The position numbers and the translations under genes were made by a program. A stretch of 64,000 bases of DNA from Phoronis australis (lineage: Eukaryota > Animalia > Phoronida): positions 834,364 to 898,363 of the forward strand of contig NMRA01000134.1 of the NCBI GenBank assembly GCA_002633005.1, given 5' to 3'. Each line of letters opens with the position of its first letter. Positions within the stretch are counted from its first letter, which is position 1. Of this stretch, positions 1 through 11,680 are shown in pieces. The notes under the pieces were generated by a model. That model was not told where the DNA came from and did no database searches. It saw only the letters and a program-made list of their open reading frames with translations.

Positions 1-1092
1 GAGCACGTCACACGTTACCGAGCACCCGTACTCTAGTGTTATGGGCTGTCATTTTTGGACCCACCCAACAGTAATACACGAGGGCAGTCAAGGTTAAATG
101 GCTGATGCAACAAACGTGAATCCGAACTTTGAAATGTAAGTGGGTAATTAAACCCATGTTCCGGCCAACAAGTGAATTTTTGATTTATACCACTTTCAAC
201 TTGTTGCTTACTCAGATAAGAGGTGACCTCGGGGTTTCCAAAGGGGCCACATTTCGTCTTCCTTGAGACTACTCTCAAAATTACACGCCGTGACAAGCCA
301 ACTCAAATCGCAACAGTTTGGCTATGCAACAATCTGAGACCAATTTCACACTGACGAGTGGTCTCAATTAAAAGTTATTTTTCGTAGTAAAAGGCGCACT
401 GCGTCGCTAATTAATGCCTCTGAGGAGTCACGTGGTCGTTGTGAATTATTGTTTTTGTCACAAGAAAAGAACGTTGACTGGTTTTTAGCGTCTTGGCAGA
501 TTTGTGCGAAATTTTATGTGTTTATATCCTTTGGTCTGTGATTGGGGGAATCGTGTTTTGGATTTGTGATTAACTTCAAGCAACGTATAGTTAAGTCAAG
601 GGTTGCTCAGTTTCTTTAAGTTTGCGACTTAATTGGAATTTTCATGTTGATAAAACAGGCTGTTTCGAGCTACGATTATAAATTGAGTATTTGAAACAAG
701 ACATTTTCAACGACAAAGGTGACATTTTCTCATAAATACCGGTCACAAGGCAAAGGAACATCACTTCATATTTTTTATGGTCCTTTGCCTTTTGTGTTAA
801 AACACACGGACACTGTTTTTTTTTCATGAGTATAAAGCAATGTCTGTTGAAACATAAATGGACGCGTAACACAACCTCAAATCGAGCAACTTTCATGTAC
901 ACAGTACATTTCCTGCTTCCCAAACTACCCTCTTGTAGTGCTGCACACACATGGCTAGTGTGTTTCCAGAAAAAAATCTGCTGACGTGTCAGTGCGGAAA
1001 CTGATGCGCAGTGTCGAGCGGTGTCCTGACTACTTGTTCATAGGCCACCGAGTGTCGCTTCAGTGTTGACTAAACTTTGTGTAATACCGTAG

Positions 1093-1177
1093 ATACATAT
1101 TGGACTGTTCTGTCGATTATAGCAAGGACTCTTTACCGGGACTGAAGACACCGAAGCGTCTTCCCGATTTCCAGAAG
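1093..1177 (+). CDS. PDE9A: PDE9 probable coding exon immediately N-terminal to the catalytic domain (YILDCSVDYSKDSLPGLKTPKRLPDFQK)
   Basis: ccgtag acceptor ending 1092 and AAG|gtatac donor; phase 2 to phase 0, joins 3051 in frame. Pattern C-x3-YS-x8-TP[KR]R..P..K parallels human PDE9A [25 protein letters not shown] as recalled, but is diverged. An alternative in-phase acceptor ends at 1122. Confidence 0.55.
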
Positions 1178-3050
1178 GTATACGAGTATTCTCAAAAAAA
1201 TGGAGTGCTTTTAATGTCATTTCTCCTTTTTAATATTATTACGCCCTCTTCTTTATTCTGTAGTTGAAGAAGTTGTTAACTGACACTACACAATTATTTG
1301 TCTTGCATTACACGGTCTTTTATTTTTACTGTTAACTAGCTAGTTTTGTAGTACACATTAACATTTACACACCCTTGTGCGTTCAGCGTCTAATTAGTCT
1401 AGTTGCCATAGCACGCGCTCTCTGAGCAGATAGGTAGGCCTACAGACCATTCGATCATATTAATACATTTGCACGCAGACACGGGATTAAGTTCATATTA
1501 TATGAACTCGATAAGTCAGAACTCTTACAACGGGTTGTAGAACTCATTTGATCCATCACAGAGCACGTTTCAAGCAGCGTACTAACTCTTACTCTCATGC
1601 GTTACTTATAACTCAATGTGTATATAATGCACGTTTCATCCGATGTTGTTCACAGAATTTTGAAATGAGTAACTTTTTATAAGGATTGCCTGTGAACGCC
1701 TGCGGCTTACAAGGCGATGTATCTGCCTACGCGCATGAGTGTACACATGCATGCTTTCACATGCGTATGGCCGCAACCTTACATTCAAGTTATCTTTGTG
1801 ATCGCTACAGTACTTAAGTATTCACTGCTACACTAAATTACTCCAAACTAATTCCTCCATCTGCACGGTAACTCTTCGAGATGAGTGGGTGTTTGGAAGA
1901 CTTGTCATGCATTTCATCACTCTTACTTGTTTTAACAAGTAACCCCACCCCCCCCCCCCCTTCGCTTTGTTTCCTTTTGTTTTTTTCTGCTTGAAGTCGA
2001 TTCGTACCGGAATATCTGATAACAAGCCCGTCCACATGTAAACGCACGAACGTACATTCTAAACATTCGCAGGATGTTAGCCTAAACTCGTGAACTTTCT
2101 TTAAGAGTCAAAAGAGGGCTAATTTCTAAAAAAGAAGCATTTGATAGAGCACAATCATGTGATTTATTGTCAACAAAATCAACTTAGTTTGCTCTCTTGT
2201 CGTTGTACCTTTTGAGCCAGATCACCTACAACGACATTTTATTGACCCTGAACATTTGCAAGCGCGGGACATTTGGGTTCAGTTCATAAAAGTGACATTT
2301 TTGGGAAATAGCATATACCTAGTGTCGGGTTATCAGAACTTCCGGAATGAATAATCCGCTCAATTTACGTAGAACAGGCTCATTAATTGCTCTCAATTCA
2401 TTTGTAAAATGTGCCTTCTAACTGAAAGAAGTTGTGGACGAATTACATGTAATTGAGTAATTTTAATGTTAAATTTATTTTCAATTGAGAAATTAACATG
2501 TTATACAGAGGTTCATGCGACGTTATATGTTCAGCTCCTGTCTATCAGTTGTCAAAATTGGCGAAGTATTTTTAAAATTGTTTTGTTGAGAGGCACTTAG
2601 AACCACTTACGTCACCTGAGGCCACTCCTCAATATTCCTCCACGTTAAGCACAGCGCCACCTTGGAATGGTCTGGTAACTCAGTATCGCTAAAGGACTCT
2701 TTTCAGTCGGCGCAACGAAACAACAAAATGTCGTGGAATCGATTGTTCATTGCACGTAATGGAGGCATTATGATTTACTTTTGTAACAGTGAAATGAGGG
2801 TGTCCTCAAAACTGCATTTCGAATTGAAAAATTGTTTTCTTTACGGATACGGCACCTGCAATGTCATTCTCAGTACCTCGCGGAAATGAATAAACCCTTT
2901 TTGGTTCATCTTATAGTAACCCAAACTTATTTACATTACTCATCAAAATTGTTCAACAAAGCCAACTTTTCTAATACCTGTAAAGGTTTTAATCATTCAA
3001 AGAGTGCTTCCCTGTAACTCTGTTATTCAACCAATTCTATTGTTTTCTAG

Positions 3051-3125
3051 TACACCCTTTCTCAGGAAACCACTGAGTACTTAAAACAGCCCACGTTCGA
3101 CATCTGGCATTGGGAACCCAATGAG
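3051..3125 (+). CDS. PDE9A: PDE9 coding exon YTLSQETTEYLKQPTFDIWHWEPNE
   Basis: ttttctag acceptor, GAG|gtaagc donor, 75 nt, phase 0/0; matches PDE9A [25 protein letters not shown]. Confidence 0.96.
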
Positions 3126-3529
3126 GTAAGCATCACATTGGCGAAAGTTTCCGCATGATCTGAACTGCAATCTCCATGTTGTCCATCTTAGAATCCAACG
3201 TGGTTGTTGGTAACAAACGTTTTGACATTATCAATGTTACGAAACACCGCAGAGACGTAAACGGCATCAGACAGTGCATCATACTCCATTGTCATATATC
3301 GTATGCGATAGGTTCAGTTTGTATGGCAGCAAACTTGAAATTTAACACGAGTTTCGATTGAAGATTACCTTGTGATCTATGGAGACATGTAATGGTCATC
3401 AATCTTGTAACCATTTCTAAAATATAGCGGCGGTCTATTTACACAAACCTGTAGCATATTTACATTGGCACGCCGAGGTTTCGGTCGGTCATTTCTGCGG
3501 CCATCTTCAAATACTACAACGTTCTTAGG

Positions 3530-3646
3530 AGAAAGAGCACGGGTCTCTGGTACACTCATAGTGGGCACTTGGATAGTATTTTTCCTGGAGCACGACGAGG
3601 TTTGAACCGGGGACGTTTCAGTGGTCAGTCCAGCACTTTAACCACG
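3530..3646 (-). mobile_element. Degraded tRNA-derived SINE head
   Basis: Minus strand reads GTGGTTAAAGTGCTGGACT..GGTTCAAACC (Pol III A-box remnant and B-box); no complete tRNA cloverleaf. Confidence 0.55.
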
Positions 3647-3817
3647 TTTTGTATACTTTTGAAAATGTCTATGGGTATAGAATAATACCCGATAGATTAC
3701 ACGAACGTTCTGGTGATGTAGGTTTTCGTCAATGTCTACATTCATTTCTGCCAACCGTATATCGCAAATTGCCGAAATGAATGATTATATTTCACCAATT
3801 GTCGCCACCTTTTCCAG

Positions 3818-3904
3818 ATGCTGAGCCTGTTGGAACACATGTACCACGAGTTGGGCCTGGTTCATGAGTTCAACATGAACCCAATAACCCTGAAAAGATG
3901 GTTG
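3818..3904 (+). CDS. PDE9A: PDE9 coding exon [29 protein letters not shown]
   Basis: tttccag acceptor, TTG|gtgagt donor, 87 nt; matches PDE9A MLSCLEHMYHDLGLV..NPVTLRRWL. Confidence 0.97.
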
Positions 3905-4166
3905 GTGAGTACCCTAATTGTCAGACCATCCCCGGGAACAGGGTCACCTTTGCATCCCGAAAGTTTTGTGCTTCAAAGTTTAGTATCACACACAAGGTTC
4001 ATTAACGGACAAGTGAATCTTCCGAACATATGCTGCAAAACCGGCACGCAGTATTGTACGGTACACTTAGAGCTCAAATGGGTCACCGTAAATTAGTTTA
4101 ATGATCCGAATGTCGGTGTCAAAGTGATGGAATAGGGCGTGGGACTAACGAATTAGCGTAGATACG

Positions 4167-4463
4167 CATTTGGACACGTTGGATGTCATCCACACATTTA
4201 TTCAGGCATTCAGGCAATGTAGATCAATCGCAAATTCATTTGGACTAACACGTTGGATGCCATCCACACATTTATTCAGGCATTCAGGCAATGTAGATCA
4301 ATCGCAAATTCATTTGGACTAACACGTTGGATGTCATCCACACATTTATTCAGGCATTCAGGCAATGTAGATCAATCGCAAATTCATTTGGACTAACACG
4401 TTGGATGTCATCCACACATTTATTCAGGCATTCAGGCAATGTAGATCAGTCGCAAATTCATTT
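4167..4463. repeat. Intronic tandem repeat, 74-bp unit x4
   Basis: Near-identical units start at 4167 (70 bp), 4237, 4311 and 4385. Confidence 0.95.
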
Positions 4464-4743
4464 TTGTCTCAAGCTCCCGAAATGTGTGTTAATTTGACTT
4501 CCCAATGGAAGAAGTTTGTTCAATAGTCCGTCTCATTGTATACAAACGTACACCAGTCTTGCACGACTGACAAGGGTTGTAAGTCACGTTTGATAAACAG
4601 GAATATTGCAACAAGCATTTTGAGTGATTTATTGTGTAGAGGCAGGTGATTCAAGCGTTAAAGTGGTGAAAAGAAAAAGTAAAACTATTATGCCGCTCCT
4701 CTCAACCTGAATCCGTCCTTTAATGGCAAATTTCCTTCGACAG

Positions 4744-4931
4744 TTGTGTGTCCAGGAGAACTATCGGAACAATCCATTCCACAACTTCCGTCACTGTTTC
4801 TGCGTCACGCAGATGATGTATGGGATGATCAACTTGTGTAAGTTGTGGGAGAAGATGAGTCGAGAGGACCTCGGTATAATGTTGACGGCGGCAGTATGCC
4901 ATGACTTGGACCACCCGGGGTACAATAACAC
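4744..4931 (+). CDS. PDE9A: PDE9 coding exon with metal-binding motifs NPFHNFRH and [12 protein letters not shown]
   Basis: cag acceptor, AC|gtgagt donor, 188 nt; class I PDE signature HDLDHPG. Confidence 0.98.
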
Positions 4932-5447
4932 GTGAGTAGCGTGCGTCAAGGAGCATGCATAAAAGTAATGTCAAATCACCGCCTGGCTTGGTAGGCAAGC
5001 CCTATAAGTTTCTCTGTCGATCAGAAATAATATTTTCTCTCCTCTGCAGCGTTCAACCTAAGCGTTGTTGATGTCCAGGCCTAGCATTGACGCACGAAAC
5101 TTGAGCTTCGTCTACCGTTCTCTTGGCTGGTGCGAAGTTCTTTATATTTCAATCAAAATCATATGTGTCTTGTACACTGTTCACTTTGGGGTTTGGGACA
5201 GGGACGAGGTCCATAGTGTGGCTTTTATAAGCCAGCCATTACTTACTTTTGCTTCTACTTATTGTATAATGGCCGCAGGTCGTATTCACTCAGTCGGTCA
5301 AGATACCGGTACATCCCCACAGTTACACCAGGAAAGATATTTGATACTGCTTTGACCCAAGGTAGATTATGTGATTGATATTTACAAGTTTAGCTGATTT
5401 AACTCGAGACAACGTAGCTGACAACCAAAACTGCATCTTCTAAAAAG

Positions 5448-5604
5448 GTACCAGATCAACGCGCGCACGGAGTTGGCCATCCGCTATAATGACATATCTC
5501 CCCTTGAAAACCACCACTGTGCTGTGGCGTTCCAGATACTGAGTAATCCAGAGTGTAACATCTTTTGCAACGTCGACGAGGACACATTCAAGCGAATTCG
5601 CTCG
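5448..5604 (+). CDS. PDE9A: PDE9 coding exon [52 protein letters not shown]
   Basis: aaaag acceptor (weak pyrimidine tract), TCG|gtgagt donor, 157 nt, phase 2 to 0; LENHH motif. Confidence 0.97.
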
Positions 5605-7592
5605 GTGAGTCCAGATATAATCACTAATGGTAATAAGTAAAACGTAACTAACTAGAAATGTTCCGAATGAAAACGTTTGTTGGGAATGTCGTGTATAATG
5701 TAATATGTCGACAAAGGCACATATTTAAGCCAGTAGTATCAGATATTCGTACAGTTTAAAGAGATTCAGATTTGAGAAATTGGAAAATGTTTTCGACGGT
5801 TTTCCTACAAATATCCTTGTGAGTTCAGAGCAGAGGTTTATGAGAAGTGTATCATGTAACTGTTCGTCTACGTCACCTTCAGTTAAATTAGCCTATTGCC
5901 CATGGGCAGTCGACCTACTGGTATCGCCAAAAATTGTACGGAACCCTTTTAATATCTAGTGAAGTCGGCAAGCGATAGGCTTTGGTGTTTTTACATAGTT
6001 TAGGATTCATCGGCTTAACATTTACTCATGATTTTACAAATAAGTGAAATTCGTCCAGCTTTTGTGTGACGTCATATTGATTGAAGCTATAATTGACTAG
6101 TAGTAATAAATGCAAATTTCCCAATTCTAATTAGACTGATTACATAATTTCTGTATTTGATTTCTAACTTACCACAACAAATTCGCGTGCTATGGTGAAA
6201 AGAATGGCCAATGCCGCTCCCAATGTGTAACTCTATACATGCTCTTGGAAACCCATGTGTCCGTTTTATTTGCAAGCGTAGCTTTTTCTTTCAATTTTTA
6301 AGAAAGATACTTGTTCAGATCAAGCCTGCTAGCTAGCTGTATGAAGTTTTCAAACTTAACATCAAAAGGTTGAAATACAACTGTATATTTATGATGCTTT
6401 GTACCAAGGCTAGTCCACACCTTACGTCGTCACGTGACTGTTTTCTCCCGAATAAGACAACAATAAACAAATTTACAGGCACGCTACGTAGAAACGAGCA
6501 TGAGTCACCGCTTCCACAAACTTTTCCTTTCACATAGTGTTCACGGAAGCCATGGAAACGGTGATTTAAAAAACCCAGTCTCGAGATGTACATGTAAAGG
6601 CTAATCCATAAGAATGGAAAAGTTTGGTATGAGAACGCTTTCGTTTGAAAGAACTCTTACACTTTGGTGTCTTCAACAATCGTTTTCTAAAATCGTGTTT
6701 CGCTTCACGTGTCCCAGTTGCGTACTTGTCTTTTTGTTTCATTCTTCAGGTTAGACACACTGACGTAGACTAGCTTGGGGTATGACAACCAGTCAATACT
6801 CTTATTCGCTTAGTTGATCCGTCCTGTTTGCTTCCACGTTTGACTTAGCGCGAGCAATGGCCAAGTATTCCAATTGCGAAGCACGTGGTTACACTAGTTT
6901 CCTTTGTGATATTCTTGCTTTTACGGAACTAAACCGAGTTTACAAGAAATGTGTGTTTGTGTGCTGTGTGCGGATGAGACACTATTTAACATAGCGTGTT
7001 ATCAAGGCTGCACTTTCTAATACACCCAAACGTGAAAGCAAGACATATGAAGACCTGGATTTTAACATTTAGTTGAATTTAAGGATAACTCGTGATCAAC
7101 TGGCCAGTCCTACAATATTCTGAAGCGTTGTTTTATAAATGCTCTCGTGGAACTGGAAATAAAGTTATACTTTGGGAAGGTAAATTTCAAAAAAATATAT
7201 TAGAATGAAGTGGCCCTACCTTGATTTTGGGGGGGGGGAATACCTCTGCCTTAATTTTGTACGGGCAAAATGGCCTTGCCTTGATTTTTGAGATTTATGA
7301 CTGGTAAACAGAAAGAAGGGAAGTTTTAAATATTATTTCACTGCGCAGTGAGCGTTTCAACAAAGCGAGTAGAAATCTAGAGCGACTTTTACATGTTTCT
7401 GTGGTAACTGAATTAAAATCATTCTATTTGGTTTGGTTAAGCATAAATATAGGCTTCCACCAGCTGCCACCACAGAAGACTAGTCTTGGTATTACTGTAT
7501 CTTTCTTGAATTCATGTCCCAATCTCATTTTCTGTGACCATTGAAGGGCGTAAATCTGGTTGTTAACAATTAACATTTCATTACCTTGGCAG

Positions 7593-7706
7593 GGATTAAC
7601 TATGATGATCTTGTCCACGGACATGTCACGACACGGCGAGATCATGGACGCATTTAAGTCCATGGTTGAGTGTTTTGAGTTTGAAGCGAAAGACAGTAAA
7701 GACACG
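7593..7706 (+). CDS. PDE9A: PDE9 catalytic-domain exon, copy A (GLTMMILSTDMSRHGEIMDAFKSMVECFEFEAKDSKDT); candidate mutually exclusive exon
   Basis: ccttggcag acceptor, ACG|gtaaac donor, 114 nt, phase 0/0, no stops; homologous to copy B and to PDE9A [22 protein letters not shown]. Confidence 0.88.
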
Positions 7707-7769
7707 GTAAACTGTCGTTGTGTGCGGGCACTGTATTGGCATGACAATGTATGTTTTACACTTTCCTAG

Positions 7770-7883
7770 GGCGTAGTAATGCTTATTCTGGCAACAGACA
7801 TGGCGCGTCACAGCGAAATACTGGAGGCTTTCAAGGCCAAATTGGGACATTTTGATTTTGGAAGTCAGGATCATTTGAATTCG
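7770..7883 (+). CDS. PDE9A: PDE9 catalytic-domain exon, copy B ([38 protein letters not shown]); candidate mutually exclusive exon
   Basis: ctttcctag acceptor, TCG|gtaatt donor, 114 nt, phase 0/0; canonical [10 protein letters not shown] motif. Confidence 0.95.
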
Positions 7884-8472
7884 GTAATTTTTACGCATTT
7901 TCATCAATAGTTCAAGCATAGCGAACAGAAGATTTTGTCTTTTTTAAAGTGTCATAGGCTTCGAAATTCAAGTATAAATCAATGATAATTTAACTTAACA
8001 CAAAATAGTTATGCCTACAAACATTATTTACTTAAACGGAATGTAAGTAATGAGATATTGGGAAATGTTAAATTCATGCCATGTTTTCAGCATAGTTTTT
8101 AACCTTTAGATTCTGTAGTTGACTGCATCTTTCACACACTTATGGTTCAAATTCATGTTTATCGTAATAATTTCACTGAACGTTCACCTCAAGCACTACA
8201 CAAACGTAGCTGATTGTTAACGTATCGCGGTCTGGCACACTAGAATATTGCGGATCGTTGTCACGTGTTGACTTGAGCGCTAAAATTGCATGGATTCCAA
8301 TTGTTTAGATAGCACTTATAATGCATGCAATCTTCTCGTGACTAAGCAACTGAGCTTAGAATAGCAATTTCGAACATCCTCTTATGTATTTAATAACCCA
8401 GATATTGCCATCTAAACATATTCTCTAGTTATTTGCTGTTAACCGCTAGCTGATAGTGTAAGTTTTTTGCAG

Positions 8473-8577
8473 CTTAAAATGGTCATAATCAAATGCTGTG
8501 ACATTTCCAATGAAGTCCGCCCAATGTCTGTCTCCGAACCTTGGGTTGACTGCCTGCTTGAAGAGTATTTTAATCAG
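8473..8577 (+). CDS. PDE9A: PDE9 coding exon [35 protein letters not shown]
   Basis: ttttttgcag acceptor, CAG|gtaaga donor, 105 nt; KCCDISNE metal-ligand Asp motif typical of PDE9. Confidence 0.98.
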
Positions 8578-9959
8578 GTAAGACAACACGTCGTTTACAT
8601 AATGGTTAATTAAAATACTTTTACTGTGAAGGATGAAGACAGCAACAGCGACATCCTTAGTAAGAACATGACAACACAAGAATAACACCACTAGCAACAC
8701 AAAGACACCAACAGCAAAATCACAGTAACAAGAGCAACAAACGCGTTGTTGTAGCGCAAGCCTTATTGGGGATCACAAACTGCTAAACTCAACTTTTGCC
8801 CTCCCCCTTCGTGGTGTCAAGTTTCAGATTTCTCCCAATCGCCGCCGATTTCGCATTCCCCGCCATGGGCCTGCTGACTTAGTTGTTTAAGGGTTAACAC
8901 AGGGAGGTAGCCACCAGAAACTGGGGTGCTTATGTTTCGACATACGTATCGGTATCAGTAAAAGTAATGTAAGAAACTCCTATCACAGGCTGCGAAACTC
9001 GACGAGAAATAGCACCAGAGTAGACGAAACATCGGTCTCGGAAACTTTAGTTGTGGTTGCTGCGTCTGTTTCGGAGGCTAAAATTAAGCTTCAGGTCGAG
9101 GTCCGTTTTAGTATGGTTCAGTTTGGGAAATGATCACTTTAATGGGATCATGTGTGGAAAAATGCGCGGTTCCGGGGTCCCTTGTAGCCTACCCTGCTTA
9201 AGGAAATGTTGAAACACTCGGCAAAAATGGGCTTCCCTAACAAAAAAAAAACGATCCGGCCAGGGGTCCCAACGGGTACCAGCACAGGTGATTGACGAGT
9301 GTTTTCCTAAAATATCTCTCTTCTCCATATTTAGCCCTGTCTTATGCTGGTCGCCAGGGTTTCGCCATGACGCCTGCAATTTGGGAGCACTCTTCCTTCA
9401 GCGCTGGCAGCAGAAGCCACAACACCAATAACCACCGAAGATTTTGACTTTTTGAAACATCATATAATAGTATCAATAGATGTAGAAAGAAATCAATTAC
9501 TAGAAAAAGCGCTGAGCGACGTTTTCGACTGCATCACCTGGTCTTCAACTCAGTGGCTACTTCTTATAAGGCCGATAGCCGGAGCTTTGGTCAAGCGGCG
9601 TGATGGTCCGGTCTCATATGTGAGGGAGTTGAAATACCAGTTACATGCTTTTTCAGAGATGGGTTCTCTTTATGTTAATGTAACGCTTCTTTTACAACTC
9701 CTCTTAACCAGTTATTCTCATAGTCTAAGATAACGACATCCCTTGTTTTAAAATCGTATCCTGTACTGCAGAAAAGACTAAAAACAATGGAGTCGAATGT
9801 GACCCCATAACTAAGACCACGATGCAGATACATACGCGTCTTCAAGCACTATTTCGTTTCACTGATATACCTGTCCGAACATTGAGCGTCTCATTGTTTG
9901 GGTGGCTGCTGTGTCGGTGAAAGGTAACATGTTTCGACGCTCCGTATGTCCCAACACTG

Positions 9960-10200
9960 TTGTCTCACCACCACTCTCAACACCACCCACACTCCACCAT
10001 CACCATCACAAGCACCACCAACACCGTGCCACCGCAATCTTCCTAGCATCACCACTTCCCACCACCTTACCCCAATCACCTCCATTTAGCACCATCATCT
10101 TCACCACCAGAACCATCCCGACCAAAGACCCTCACCACTTCCACCACCATCATCCTCCGGCCACCTTCAATATCGCCACCATCACCATCCGCGACCATGT
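9960..10200. repeat. Degenerate (CAC/ACC)n low-complexity tract
   Basis: Dense caccac/accatc repeats; explains the spurious His/Thr/Pro-rich ORF at 9902-10246. Confidence 0.85.
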
Positions 10201-10325
10201 ACAACAAAATCAACAAAATAGAAGGATACCTGCACGGGCTTTTTAAAATAATAACAACAGATAGATACAGATTTTCCGAAATGCCGTGCTTGTGGGTGCA
10301 TTTTATCGTCGCTGTTCATTTTCAG

Positions 10326-10454
10326 TCAGACCGCGAGAAGGAGGAAGGATTGCCGGTTGCCCCGTTCATGGACAGGGAAAAGGTGACCAAACCCACGGCC
10401 CAAATTGGCTTCATCAAGTTTGTCCTTATTCCCATGTTTGAGCAGGTCGCCAAG
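10326..10454 (+). CDS. PDE9A: PDE9 coding exon [43 protein letters not shown]
   Basis: ttttcag acceptor, AAG|gtaact donor, 129 nt; invariant substrate-binding Gln and Phe in AQIGF. Confidence 0.98.
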
Positions 10455-11043
10455 GTAACTGTATGATTTAGTACTGGGTAATTGCGTGTCATATAATATG
10501 AATATTTTATTGTGCGTCTCATTATGCAAGTTGAAAACCCTGGAAAACAACCCAGTGGCTAGAATCATAAATACCCAAGCTAATCGACTGCGAGTTATAA
10601 ATACTTTAACCAATCAGCTGTAAGTTATACTCTGGCCAATCAGTTGTGACTCTAGCCAACCGGGCGCTGCGGCGTCTGTTTGAATCGAGCCCACCAGCAA
10701 CTGGCGTGTCCGTGGGCTTTCGTAGTCCATGAATGGGCATAAAGACTAGTGTCTTGGATGTACCGCAACGTGCAACAGTTTGCTGGCTTCCCAACACCAA
10801 TTTTGATAATGTAACCGTTTCAGTGAATTACCATCAAAAGTGCATCGTAAATAATTTGTTGCTGTAACACACTTGCAAAGCACTTGTGGGACTTATCAAC
10901 AGTAGCTATGGTAGGCGTGGTCACCTAACTGCGTTTGTATGAACTATTCATTGGTGAGACTCATTCTATTTTCTAGACTGGTGAAAACGAACAAAGAATA
11001 TCTTCGAAATTTAATTTGTTTTCATTGCCTTTATTGCTCATAG

Positions 11044-11145
11044 CTATTTCCGATGTTGGAGCCCGTTATGGTGGAACCTCTCAAAAAGGCCCACTCCCAC
11101 TACGAAGAAATGAAGAATCGAACAGATGCCACGAAAGAGGCAATG
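11044..11145 (+). CDS. PDE9A: PDE9 coding exon LFPMLEPVMVEPLKKAHSHYEEMKNRTDATKEAM
   Basis: cattag acceptor, ATG|gtgcgt donor, 102 nt; matches PDE9A LFPMVEEIMLQPL..YEELK. Confidence 0.92.
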
Positions 11146-11387
11146 GTGCGTTGCAATAAGACAGCAGCAGTGGCTTAAGCGTTTACTTGCAGGCGCGGGT
11201 CCATTGGGCGTGCACAGGTGTCTGGACCCCCATACTTGATCCCTCGTACATTCCTAGGGTAGATGAATCTAAAGTGCTCTACTGACGCGCCCCCTTTAAA
11301 TGATCCTGCTTCCCTAAGTGTTTTAATTCATAGGATTTGAAATACCTTACTGTGAGGTTCTGGATAGTTACAAGCCATCTGGGGGTG

Positions 11388-11680
11388 AGGGACATTACAC
11401 CGAAGGACTGTTACTCAGAAGAGCCTTTACCCCCGAAGAGCCTTTAGTTAGAATTCGCTTTACTTTCGGAGTAGCGGAGCGTCAGAGTATAGACTTTTCG
11501 AAATATAGATCCTTCAAAGAACACAACAAGGAAGTTCGTAACAATATTATTTCGGAGTAACGGCCCTTCGCAGTGAGGACACAATACGACACGCCGTGTA
11601 TTTCGTCTTCACTCCGAAGCATCGATACTCCAAAAACAAAAACTTCGCAGTAACGGCCGTTCTATGCAACAACCCGCCTC
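11388..11680. repeat. Foldback/MITE-like element built from short TACTCCGAA / TTCGGAGTA subrepeats in both orientations
   Basis: Repeated ttactcagaa, ttcggagta, actccgaag and ttcgcagtaacggcc motifs. Confidence 0.55.

Noticed and set aside
260-355. Frame reading LKITRRDKPTQ, loosely like PDE9A [9 protein letters not shown]
   Set aside because: No compatible acceptor or donor pair, and it runs into a stop; likely chance similarity.
1656-1668. 13-nt micro-exon after the TACTAAC branch-like site
   Set aside because: Frameshifts or contains a stop in the phases compatible with neighbouring PDE9 exons.
9902-10246. His/Pro/Thr-rich 114-aa ORF
   Set aside because: By-product of a CAC-rich low-complexity tract in a PDE9 intron; no ATG start or splice support.
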